A stretch of 43,018 nt of DNA, from the IMG/VR virus record IMGVR_UViG_3300003888_000068, positions 1-43,018 of that record; one strand, given 5' to 3'. This DNA is from a virus. Taxonomy: Duplodnaviria; Caudoviricetes. The notes beneath the pieces were generated by a model that saw only the letters and a list, made by a program, of their open reading frames with translations, was not told the origin of the DNA and searched no databases. Shown here one piece after another: positions 34,735 through 43,018 of this stretch. A program made the translations under genes and the position numbers. How positions within the stretch are numbered: the stretch's first letter is position 1; the number at the start of each line of letters is the position of its first letter.

Positions 34735-35498
34735 CCGGCCGTATCGTCTGCAACTTCTCCTGCGGCGCCGCCTCGGCGGTTGCCTCCAAGATTGCCCTTG
34801 CCCAGTACGGTGGCACCCATCAGGTGGTGGTCGTCAATGCCTTCGTGAAGCAGGAGGACGAGGACAACCGCCGCTTCCTGGCCGACTGCCAATCCTGGAT
34901 GAACCACCCCATTACTGTGCTGCGGGATGAAAAGTACGGGGCCGACATAATCCAGGTGTTCCGCCGGGAGCGGTACATCAAGGGGCGCTTTGGCGCACCT
35001 TGTTCAAAGATGCTGAAGCGCCGCCTGCTGGACGGGTGGAGCAGGCCCGGGGATGTGCTCGTCCTTGGCTACACCGCCGAAGAGCAGGACCGCTACGAGG
35101 ATTTCATTGAGCAGAACCCAGGACGGCCGGCTATCGCCCCCCTGGTGGAGCGTGGCCTGGGCAAGGAAGACTGCAAGGCAATGATCCTGCGGGCAGGCCT
35201 TGAGCTGCCGCTGATGTACCGGATGGGCTACGAGAACGCCAACTGCAAGGGCTGCGTCAAGGGCGGGGAGCGCTACTGGCGGGCAGTCCGGGAGGACTTC
35301 CCCGAGGAGTTCGAGGAGGTGTGCCAGGTCCAGGATGAATTAGGCGAAGGGGCATGGTTCCTTCGCTACCGGTCTGGGCCGAAGGCCGGCCAGCGCTTCC
35401 CGCTGCGCGACCTTCCAACGGGCCGGGCCCAGCGCAACGAAGCCATGCCCGCCTGCTCGTTCTTCTGCGAAATGGTAGAGAAGGAGTATGCAGCATGA
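34731..35498 (+). CDS. PAPS reductase / PP-loop-like Cys-rich protein
   Basis: NFSCGAASAVA PP-loop variant; PCSKMLK, GYTAEE, NCKGCVKG and CSFFC. Confidence 0.7.
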   Translation: MTGRIVCNFSCGAASAVASKIALAQYGGTHQVVVVNAFVKQEDEDNRRFLADCQSWMNHPITVLRDEKYGADIIQVFRRERYIKGRFGAPCSKMLKRRLLDGWSRPGDVLVLGYTAEEQDRYEDFIEQNPGRPAIAPLVERGLGKEDCKAMILRAGLELPLMYRMGYENANCKGCVKGGERYWRAVREDFPEEFEEVCQVQDELGEGAWFLRYRSGPKAGQRFPLRDLPTGRAQRNEAMPACSFFCEMVEKEYAA

Positions 35499-36355
35499 CC
35501 GTCCATTCCCCCGCCATCCGCTACCACGGCGGCAAGTTCCGCCTGGCGCCATGGATCCTGGGCTTCTTCCCGGAGCACCGGATCTACGTGGAACCCTTCG
35601 GCGGCGCTGCCGGCGTGATGATCCAGAAGCCCCGGGCCTACTCGGAGGTGTACAACGACCTCGACGACGAGCTGGTGAACTTCTTCCGCGTGGTGCAGGA
35701 CGCCGGCCAGCGCCAGCAGCTGGTGGAAGCCCTGGTCTTCACCCCCTACGCCCGCCGGGAGTTCGAGCTGGCCTGGGAGCCGGCCGCCGAGCCTGTGGAG
35801 CGGGCCCGCCGCCTGGTGATCCGGGCCCAGATGGGCTTCGGCAGCGCCGGGGCCACCAAGGGCACCACGGGCTTTCGCATCGACACGAAGCGGGAGTACG
35901 AGACTGCCCAGGGCGTCTGGGCCCGCTATCCCGCCAGTCTGGCCGCCCTCGGCCAGCGGCTGGCCGGGGTGCTGATCGAGAACCGGCCAGCGGTGGAGGT
36001 GCTGGCCGCCCAGGATTCGCCGGAAACGCTGTTCTATGTGGATCCACCCTATGTGCACCAGACCCGGTGCCGCATCACGCGGAAGGACAGTGCCCGGGGC
36101 TACCGGCACGAAATGGACAACGCCGACCACCAGGCCCTGCTCGATGCGCTGCGGGAACGGCAGGGCATGGTAGTGCTATCCGGCTACCCCCACCCCCTCT
36201 ACGACGAGGCCCTGGCGGGCTGGGAGTGCCACCAGACGCCGGCGAGGATCTCGGCCGGACGTGGCACCGCCGTCCGCACCGAGTGCGTCTGGCTCAACCC
36301 CGCCTGCAGCCGTGCCCGTTCCCGGGTGCAGATGGCTTTGGAGATCGTGGCATGA
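35495..36355 (+). CDS. DNA adenine methyltransferase (D12/Dam family)
   Basis: RYHGGK, YVEPFGG, YNDLD and YVDPPY motifs. Confidence 0.92.
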   Translation: MTVHSPAIRYHGGKFRLAPWILGFFPEHRIYVEPFGGAAGVMIQKPRAYSEVYNDLDDELVNFFRVVQDAGQRQQLVEALVFTPYARREFELAWEPAAEPVERARRLVIRAQMGFGSAGATKGTTGFRIDTKREYETAQGVWARYPASLAALGQRLAGVLIENRPAVEVLAAQDSPETLFYVDPPYVHQTRCRITRKDSARGYRHEMDNADHQALLDALRERQGMVVLSGYPHPLYDEALAGWECHQTPARISAGRGTAVRTECVWLNPACSRARSRVQMALEIVA

Positions 36356-36750
36356 CCATCACCCCCACCTCCTGGCGTTTTCCCCTGGAGCGGATGGCTC
36401 CTTTCTCCGGGGATGGGCGCCTTTATCTGGCTTTTGACCATCTGATCGCCGCCAAGGCGGAGCGCCTGCTGCTGGTGCCCATGTGGCTGACGGCCGGCGA
36501 CCTGCGCAAGGCGGTGCCGGGCTGCCCGTGCCCCTGGGAGGACGTGCTGGCCATCCTGCAGGAGGCGCCGGAGTCGGTACGGCCCCTGCGGCCGGCCCAG
36601 GTGCTGGAAGACGCGCAAACAGCTCCCCTGGTGACCCTTGCGGACTGGGGCTGGCGCCTGGAGCGCTTCGTTCTGCCGGGCGGGGTGAAGCCCCTGCGCC
36701 GGGTGGTGCATGAATCCGGGGTGTGCTTCGCCCCGGTGCTGGGGGGCTAG
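36352..36750 (+). CDS. Hypothetical protein
   Basis: ATGA-coupled to the adenine MTase stop. Confidence 0.55.
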   Translation: MTITPTSWRFPLERMAPFSGDGRLYLAFDHLIAAKAERLLLVPMWLTAGDLRKAVPGCPCPWEDVLAILQEAPESVRPLRPAQVLEDAQTAPLVTLADWGWRLERFVLPGGVKPLRRVVHESGVCFAPVLGG

Positions 36751-36817
36751 GCCCCTTCGAATTCCCGCGAGACGGCGCAGACCGTCCGCTGTACTGACTT
36801 TTTGACTGGCAACCACT

Positions 36818-39595
36818 ATGAAAATCGAAGAGCTGAAGGTCCGTATTGATCTTTTCGACCTGGCCGACCGGCTGGGCCTGAAGAAGAGCAAGGCCAAGGG
36901 GAAGGACTATGCGCTGTACCACTCCCCCCACCACAAGGACAAGAACGCCTCCCTCTCCATCTTCTTCAAGGATGGGAAGTGGGGGTGGAAAGACCATTCA
37001 GGCGCTGGCGGCGGCTCCTGCATTGATCTGGTGATGCTGGTGCGGGGCGGCAACGAGGGTGATGCAGTGCGGGAGCTGCACGAGATTTACGGCTGGCCGC
37101 TGGATAAACCGGAAAAGGCGGAGGAGCGCCGGGAACTGTCGCCGGCGGAGTGGATCGCCACGAAGTGCCTGGCCAGCACTGCCCCGGCCGTGGATTACCT
37201 GGTGCAGGAGCGGGGCATCAGCGAGGAGGTGGCCCGGCGGGCCATCCAGAAGGGGGCGGTGGGTTGGAACACCTGGACCAGCGCCAAGCGTAACCCGGGG
37301 GATCACGGCTACGGGGGGCCGGCGGTGGCCTTCATCGTGAAGTCGCTGAACCCGGGCCACGTGATGGCGGTGGACCTGCGCTACCAGGATGCGGCCTTGA
37401 ATGGTGGCACCAAGACCCAGTGCCAGGGGGAAAAGAGCGGTTACGGCTGGACCAGCGACATCAAGCGCCTGATGGCGGCGAAGACGGTCTATGTGGTGGA
37501 AAGCCCCATCAATGCGCTCTCCATCGAGTGCTGCAAGCTCTACGACTTCGCCGCCTTCGCGGTGCGTGGGGTGGGCAACGTGGCGAATATCGACTGGAGC
37601 TGGGCCCGGGGCAAGCAGATCGTGATCTGCTTCGACAACGACGATCCTTTCCCCCCCGGCCACCCCATGGCGGGCATCCGCCCCGGTTTGAAGGCGGCTT
37701 GGGAGCTGCACGAGATCCTGACGGCCATGGATATCTCGGCCATGTTGGTGAACCAGGCGGAGTGGACGGTGAATGACGTCAACGACTTCATCAAGCCATC
37801 CAAGGAGCACAACCCGCCTGGGCTGGAGAAGCTGACCCTGGCCATGAAGGCCTGGGAGCCGTGGTTGATCCAGGGGATGGCGGCCCATGAGGAAACAACG
37901 GGGCTGTTGCCGCCATCCGGCAAGCGCCGCCTGTATCTGCCCTGGCACCACGACCACGTTTATTGGCGCTACCGCGTTCGGCCCGACTTCACCACCCACA
38001 TTTCGAAGGTTGAGGGGAACAAGAAGGACGACGACGGGAACGCGGCGCCGCCCCAGATCACTTCCCAGGACCTGTGCGGCTTCCGCATTGCGGCCATCAG
38101 CCGCCTGGAGCTGCAAGGTAACCGGGCCACCATGACCGGGGACCCGGACATGCAGCCGACAACGAAGTTTTCGGTTTCGGTGCAGGTGGGGCGCAATGGG
38201 GCGACCCTGCTGCGCCGGGTGTTCGATGACGACAACCTGCACAACATCGAGAAGTGGAAACGCTTTGGGCCGGTCTTCGCCCAGTCCCAGTTCCTGCGCA
38301 TGATCAGCCTGCTGGAGCACACCGCCCACCTGGGCGCCCGGCGGGCGGCAAACTACGTGGGGCTGTGCTGGAAGGGCGGCCGGCTGGGGGTGAATGAGGG
38401 GACGGACTGCTACTTCGACGACCCGGTGTACCAGTGCCACTACCACAACCTGGCCTTTCCATCGGGGACGAAGGCGGCGGCCCGGAAGGTGATCGATGCC
38501 TACGGCCGTACCTTCAAGGACAACCAGGCCCTGCTGCTGCTGACCTGGGCCCTGGGCGGACACTTGAAGGCGTTCTTCCGCTTCTGGCCCCACGCCAAGA
38601 TGGAGGCGGACAAGGGCTCGGGCAAGTCGACCCTGATCGGCCGGCTTTCCAGCACCATCGGCATGGCTTCCCTCTCTGGCCAGACGCTGAAGACGGAGTA
38701 CCGGATGGTGAATTCGGTGGCGTACACCTCGCACCCGGTCTGCTGGGAGGAGTTTTCCCGCCTCAACGACATGCAGCGCAAGCTGGCCCTGGACCTGCTG
38801 CAGGAAACCTACCAGTTCCAGGAGACGACCCGGAGCCAGAAGCCTTTCCTGCTCTCGGCGCCGGTGCTGATCGCCGGCGAGGATGCTCCGGTGGCCGACA
38901 TTGCGGAGAAGCTGGTGCGCCTGCGGATCCAGAAGTCGAAGCAGGGGCCGGAGCTGCCTTTCGATCTGCCCCAGTTCCCGGTGCGGCAGTGGCTGCAGTT
39001 CCTGGCGGATATCCCGGCGGACGTGGTGCGGGGCACCCTGGCCCGCTGCCGGGAGGAGGCGACCAAGCGCAGCATGGCCAGCAATGCCCAGCGGATCGTG
39101 GAGAACTACACGGCCCTGCTGGCGGCCTGGCACTTGCTGGCCGAGTTCGCCGAGCTGCCGCCGGACTACAACGGGGTGCTGTCTTCCATCTACACGGAGA
39201 TGAACGAGTACCTGGTGGAGTCGAAGAGCGAACGGCACCCCTGGGTGTGGGTGATGCACACGGTGCTGGCGGAGATCGATGCGGGGCACTTCCAGGCGCC
39301 CTATACCTGGGATATCGATGGGGAGGACTGGAAGCTATACATCCGCTCGAGCGACGTGATGCACCACATGTCCCGCACCACGGCGCTGCGGGAGCAATGG
39401 AACGCCCTGCCGATCAAGAGCGACCGGGCCTTCAAGCGGCAGCTGCTGCAGGCCGACGTGGTGACCAACCCGGACGTGGAGAAGACCATCGGCGGCCGTC
39501 GCATGGCCCACATGCTGGAGATTTCCCTGGGGAAGCTGGAGGGCTACGGCCTCCATGCAGCACCCAGGCTGGCTCGGGAGGTCGCCCCGTCATGA
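36818..39595 (+). CDS. Primase-helicase replication protein (zinc-binding-like + TOPRIM + P-loop)
   Basis: HSPHHKDKNAS N-terminus; VYVVESPINA and CFDND (TOPRIM); ADKGSGKST Walker A and CWEEF Walker B. Confidence 0.88.
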   Translation: MKIEELKVRIDLFDLADRLGLKKSKAKGKDYALYHSPHHKDKNASLSIFFKDGKWGWKDHSGAGGGSCIDLVMLVRGGNEGDAVRELHEIYGWPLDKPEKAEERRELSPAEWIATKCLASTAPAVDYLVQERGISEEVARRAIQKGAVGWNTWTSAKRNPGDHGYGGPAVAFIVKSLNPGHVMAVDLRYQDAALNGGTKTQCQGEKSGYGWTSDIKRLMAAKTVYVVESPINALSIECCKLYDFAAFAVRGVGNVANIDWSWARGKQIVICFDNDDPFPPGHPMAGIRPGLKAAWELHEILTAMDISAMLVNQAEWTVNDVNDFIKPSKEHNPPGLEKLTLAMKAWEPWLIQGMAAHEETTGLLPPSGKRRLYLPWHHDHVYWRYRVRPDFTTHISKVEGNKKDDDGNAAPPQITSQDLCGFRIAAISRLELQGNRATMTGDPDMQPTTKFSVSVQVGRNGATLLRRVFDDDNLHNIEKWKRFGPVFAQSQFLRMISLLEHTAHLGARRAANYVGLCWKGGRLGVNEGTDCYFDDPVYQCHYHNLAFPSGTKAAARKVIDAYGRTFKDNQALLLLTWALGGHLKAFFRFWPHAKMEADKGSGKSTLIGRLSSTIGMASLSGQTLKTEYRMVNSVAYTSHPVCWEEFSRLNDMQRKLALDLLQETYQFQETTRSQKPFLLSAPVLIAGEDAPVADIAEKLVRLRIQKSKQGPELPFDLPQFPVRQWLQFLADIPADVVRGTLARCREEATKRSMASNAQRIVENYTALLAAWHLLAEFAELPPDYNGVLSSIYTEMNEYLVESKSERHPWVWVMHTVLAEIDAGHFQAPYTWDIDGEDWKLYIRSSDVMHHMSRTTALREQWNALPIKSDRAFKRQLLQADVVTNPDVEKTIGGRRMAHMLEISLGKLEGYGLHAAPRLAREVAPS

Positions 39596-39714
39596 TTACC
39601 CCCCGTACCCCCCAAAGGTTTAGCCTGCCGGCCCCCCTGGCGCCTTCGGCGCATTCGAAGAGCGGAAGGGGGCGGGCCGCTTCCGGCGAAAAGGTTGCCG
39701 GGGGTGTGCTGGAA

Positions 39715-40082
39715 AACCCGTGGATTGGTGAGCATTTCTCACCTAAGTCTTTGATGCTTGAGCAGAAGTGCCTCACGGGTTTGCCCTTGATTTCCACATG
39801 TCGATCTGGAAATTCCACATGTTTTCCGTTTTTCCCCACATGTCGGTTTTTTTGGCAGCCGTGGCTTTATCTATCTATCTATCTCTTTTTAAAAGAAGAA
39901 GAGAAGAAAGAAGAGCAATCCAGGAGAAAAGGAACATCCACGGGTTCGCGGCGCTGCCTATTTTTTAATCCACGGGTTTGTACCCCCGTCCACGGGTTTT
40001 CCGTGGATTCCGTGGGACGGGTTTTCCGCGTGGTTGCTGGGCTTGCGGGAGATTCTGGACGCCATCCACGCATCCACGGGTT
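39715..40082. repeat. Putative replication origin: TCCAC(GGG/ATG) iterons around an AT-rich core
   Basis: TCCACGGGTT at about 39937, 39969, 39989 and 40073; inverted CCGTGGA at about 39718 and 40001; TTCCACATGT at 39792 and 39813; (CTAT)n/A-rich core at about 39865-39935. Confidence 0.7.
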
Positions 40083-40122
40083 GTTTTGCCACCCTGTCCC
40101 CCGGATGGGGGCGGTTTGAGCC

Positions 40123-40560
40123 ATGGCCATCCTTCCCAGGTTCATTCGCTATCGGGACGCGCCGGCCTACCTGGGCATGTGCAAGGACGTCTTCGAGCGG
40201 GATGTGCGGCCGTACCTGGTGGAGTTCCCCATCGGCAACAAGGGGGTGGGCTTTGACCGCCTTGACCTCGATGCCTGGGCGGATCAGCATAAAGCCCGCA
40301 ACGGGCGACCCAATGAGAAGGTAGGAGAAAACTTATGGGTAGCACCAAAACCAGAACGAGGGGCATCCACCTCGAAAAGGACGGCTCCAGAACCGTCGAC
40401 AAGCAGTGGCAAGGCCAGCGGATCTTCGCCCGCCTCGGCCAGGTCTCGCAGGATGAGGCAGAGCAGTGGCTCTCCGACGAACTCGTCCGGCTCAAAGCCG
40501 AGCGAGATCGTGAGCGAAGTGCTGCGCCTCTGTTCGCAGAGTGTGCAGGGCGGTACTTGA
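40123..40560 (+). CDS. Excisionase-like DNA-binding protein
   Basis: LPRFIRYRDAPAYLGM...FDRLDLDAWAD winged-HTH-like N-terminus; overlaps the integrase start. Confidence 0.7.
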   Translation: MAILPRFIRYRDAPAYLGMCKDVFERDVRPYLVEFPIGNKGVGFDRLDLDAWADQHKARNGRPNEKVGENLWVAPKPERGASTSKRTAPEPSTSSGKASGSSPASARSRRMRQSSGSPTNSSGSKPSEIVSEVLRLCSQSVQGGT

Positions 40561-41483
40561 GGGAGGTGATGAACCTGCCTTCCGCCGGTACCATCGCCTG
40601 GCACATCAAGCTGGTGTTGCCGTACCTTGGGAAATTGCCCATCACCCACGTGCATGACGGGTCACTGGAGGGCTTCAAGGAGGATCGCCTGGCCGGGATT
40701 CTCCACGAGGATACCGAGTGGAAGAGCAAGACCAAGGCGCGGCCCGTGAAGGCTTCGTCGGTGAATCGGACCCTTGAGGTGGTAAGAACCATCCTCAACC
40801 GATCTGCCCGGGCCTGGCGCGGGGAGAACGGACGGCCGCTGCTGGATATGGCGCCACCGCTGATCACGATGCTGGATGAGGATCCGCGGTTGCCCTACCC
40901 GATCACGTGGACCGAGCAGGATAGCCTCATGGCCGAACTGCCCGCCCACCTGCAGCGGATGGCCCTGTTTGACATCAACACCGGCCTGCGGGATGAGAAC
41001 GTGGTGGGGCTACGCTGGAACTGGGAGGTTCCGGTACCCCAGATCGGCCGGAGTATCTTCATCATTCCGCCGGAGGAGTACAAAACGAAGGTGGCCCACG
41101 TGGTCATCCTCAACGATGTGGCCTGGAGCATCATCGAAGGCCAGAGGGGGCAGCACAGAACCTGGGTGTTCCCCTACACCACAATGAGGGGAGGGAAGCC
41201 GGTAACGGACCGCATGGACACGATGAACAACACCGCGTTCCAGAATGCCCGTGACCGTGCCGGGCTGAAGATGGTGAGGGTCCATGACCTGCGCCACACC
41301 TTCGGCGCCCGCCTACGCTTGGCCGGCGTGGCCCAGGAGGACCGTAACTGCCTCTTGGGTCATGGTGGTGCATCGATGCCGGAGCATTACGCTAGTGCCG
41401 ATATTGGCCGTCTGGTGAAGCTGGCCAACCGAGTAACCAAACGGCAGGGGACCAGAACCCTTCTGCGAGTCGTAAATGGGTGA
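40335..41483 (+). CDS. int: Phage integrase (tyrosine recombinase)
   Basis: TGLRDEN, YKTK, HDLRHTFG, LGH and EHY catalytic residues; adjacent to the tRNA. Confidence 0.93.
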   Translation: MGSTKTRTRGIHLEKDGSRTVDKQWQGQRIFARLGQVSQDEAEQWLSDELVRLKAERDRERSAAPLFAECAGRYLREVMNLPSAGTIAWHIKLVLPYLGKLPITHVHDGSLEGFKEDRLAGILHEDTEWKSKTKARPVKASSVNRTLEVVRTILNRSARAWRGENGRPLLDMAPPLITMLDEDPRLPYPITWTEQDSLMAELPAHLQRMALFDINTGLRDENVVGLRWNWEVPVPQIGRSIFIIPPEEYKTKVAHVVILNDVAWSIIEGQRGQHRTWVFPYTTMRGGKPVTDRMDTMNNTAFQNARDRAGLKMVRVHDLRHTFGARLRLAGVAQEDRNCLLGHGGASMPEHYASADIGRLVKLANRVTKRQGTRTLLRVVNG

Positions 41484-41492
41484 TTGCGATGG

Positions 41493-41515
41493 AAGTCACG
41501 CAAAAAGTCACGCAA
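41493..41515. repeat. Tandem AAGTCACGCAA x2, likely integrase arm-type sites
   Basis: Exact 11-bp direct repeat at 41493-41503 and 41505-41515, between int and the tRNA. Confidence 0.6.
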
Positions 41516-41586
41516 GGAGCACCGGAAAAGAAAAAGGCCCCAGACGCTGCAACGTCTGAAGCCCTTGAATTTCCTGTATAACTTGA

Positions 41587-41663
41587 TGGCGCGCCCGGAG
41601 CGATTCGAACGCCCGACCCCTTGGTTCGTAGCCAAGTACTCTATCCAGCTGAGCTACGGGCGC
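41587..41663 (-). tRNA. tRNA-Arg(ACG); 3' end is the likely att core
   Basis: Reverse complement GCGCCCGTAGCTCAGCTGGATAGAG...CT-ACG-AA...GTTCGAATC...GCGCGCCA; 77 nt with encoded CCA. Confidence 0.97.
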
Positions 41664-41768
41664 GCTGTCTTGCAACTTTTTACTACTTTCTTTGCTGCTT
41701 TCCGCAAAGAAGCGAGATTGTATAAAAACACGCTTCGTTTGCCAAGCCTTTTTTACTGCAGGAAAGGC

Positions 41769-41862
41769 TGGCGGAGACGGAGGGATTCGAACCCTCGATA
41801 CGAGTTTTAGCCCGTATGCTCCCTTAGCAGGGGAGTGCCTTCGACCTCTCGGCCACGTCTCC
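41769..41862 (-). tRNA. tRNA-Ser(GCT)
   Basis: GGAGACGTGGCCGAG...CT-GCT-AA, long variable arm, GTTCGAATCC...GCCA. Confidence 0.96.
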
Positions 41863-41944
41863 GGAAGGCCGGCATATTAACGGGTTAGCCGGCCCGGGTC
41901 AAACTACTTTGCAGCCGGGGCTGCAAATAACTGCGCGGCGCCGT

Positions 41945-43018
41945 TTACGCCTGGTCCAGACCGAAGGTCTTGTGCAGGATGCGCACGGCCAGTTCCAGAT
42001 ATTTTTCATCGATGACGACGGAAATCTTGATCTCGGAGGTGGAGATCATCTGGATGTTGATGCCTTCCTCGGCCAGGGTGCGGAACATCTGGCTGGCCAC
42101 GCCCGGGTGGGAGCGCATGCCGACGCCGACAGCGGAAACCTTGCAGGTCTTGTTGTCGCCGACGATCTCGCGGGCGCCGACGTGCTGCTTGACCTGCTCC
42201 AGCACGGCCATGGCCTTGGTGTATTCGCTGCGATTGACGGTGAAGGAGAAATCGGTGGTGCCGTCCACGCCGACGTTCTGGATGATCATGTCCACGTCGA
42301 TGTTGGCGTCGGCGATGGGGCCGAGGATCTGGTAGGCGATGCCGGGACGGTCAGGCACGCCCAGCACGGTCAGCTTGGCTTCGTCGCGATTGAAGGCGAT
42401 GCCGGAAATGATCGGTTGTTCCATGTTCTTGTCATCCTCAACAGTGATCAGCGTACCTTCCCCTTCATCCTGGAAGCTGGAGAGGACGCGCAGTTTTACC
42501 TTGTACTTGCCGGCGAACTCGACGGAGCGGATCTGCAGCACCTTGGAGCCGAGGCTGGCCATTTCCAGCATTTCCTCGAAGGTGATGGTGTCCAGCTTGC
42601 GGGCTTCCGGCACGACGCGGGGGTCGGTGGTGTACACGCCGTCCACGTCGGTATAGATCTGGCATTCGTCGGCCTTGAGGGCGGCGGCCAGGGCGACGGC
42701 GGAAGTATCGGAGCCGCCGCGGCCCAGGGTGGTGATGTTGCCGTTCTCATCGGCGCCCTGGAAACCGGCGACCACGACCACGTTGCCTTCGGCCAGGTCC
42801 TTGCGCATGCGCTCGTCGTCGATCTGCAGGATGCGGGCCTTGGTGAAGGTGCTGTCGGTCAGCACGCGCACCTGGGAGCCGGTGTAGCTCTTGGCCTTGA
42901 GGCCTTCTTCCTGGATGGCCATGGCCAGCAGGCCGATGGTCACCTGTTCGCCGGTGGAGGCGATCACATCCAGTTCCCGGGGGGATGGGGTGGCGGAGAT
43001 TTCCTTGGCCAGGCCGAT
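41945..43018 (-). CDS. lysC: Aspartate kinase (5'-truncated by the window edge)
   Basis: TTLGRGGSDTSAVA, YTDVDGVYTTDPR and two ACT domains ending ISTSEIKIS. Confidence 0.97.
   Translation of the reverse strand: MGLAKEISATPSPRELDVIASTGEQVTIGLLAMAIQEEGLKAKSYTGSQVRVLTDSTFTKARILQIDDERMRKDLAEGNVVVVAGFQGADENGNITTLGRGGSDTSAVALAAALKADECQIYTDVDGVYTTDPRVVPEARKLDTITFEEMLEMASLGSKVLQIRSVEFAGKYKVKLRVLSSFQDEGEGTLITVEDDKNMEQPIISGIAFNRDEAKLTVLGVPDRPGIAYQILGPIADANIDVDMIIQNVGVDGTTDFSFTVNRSEYTKAMAVLEQVKQHVGAREIVGDNKTCKVSAVGVGMRSHPGVASQMFRTLAEEGINIQMISTSEIKISVVIDEKYLELAVRILHKTFGLDQA

Larger units (their letters stand above)
1..41586. mobile_element. Temperate siphovirus-like prophage integrated at tRNA-Arg(ACG); left boundary outside the window
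   Basis: Head, tail, lysis, regulation, replication and integrase modules in phage order. The integrase ends about 100 bp from the tRNA 3' end, and host genes resume beyond it. Confidence 0.95.

Noticed and set aside
32800-36355. Restriction-modification system
   Set aside because: No recognisable restriction endonuclease; the MTases look like orphan phage enzymes in the early operon.
39592-40119. ORF across the origin region (MITPRTPQ...)
   Set aside because: It is ATGA-coupled to the primase stop, but its translation is low-complexity and dictated by the DNA repeats. Not called as a CDS, though not excluded.
41484-41880. Plus-strand ORFs 41484-41810 and 41692-41880
   Set aside because: They overlap the tRNA genes in antisense.

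Overview
The window is almost entirely one long-tailed (siphovirus-type) temperate prophage in a GC-rich proteobacterium, probably a betaproteobacterium (inferred from the flanking lysC-tRNA-Ser-tRNA-Arg arrangement). It is integrated at the 3' end of tRNA-Arg(ACG) (41587-41663, - strand); the second att copy is not visible and probably lies left of position 1. From left to right it carries: a Mor/C-like late activator; terminase, portal and a MuF protein with a C-terminal HEXXH extension; a single ORF fusing protease, scaffold and major capsid, with a strong internal start; neck genes; a lysis cassette using a DUF5675-like enzyme in place of a classical endolysin; a lambda-like tail module with a -1 frameshift chaperone; AT-richer lysogenic cargo; a switch made of two divergent Arc/Mnt ribbon-helix-helix genes; an early operon (CII-like, a second catalytic-domain-only tyrosine recombinase, HD hydrolase, PQ-loop-like membrane protein, DEDDh exonuclease, C5-MTase with six tandem TRD-like repeats, PAPS-reductase-like protein, adenine MTase, primase-helicase); an iteron-like origin; xis and int. 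Host tRNA-Arg, tRNA-Ser and a partial lysC end the window. All product calls come from reading motifs and gene order by eye; no database searches were run.
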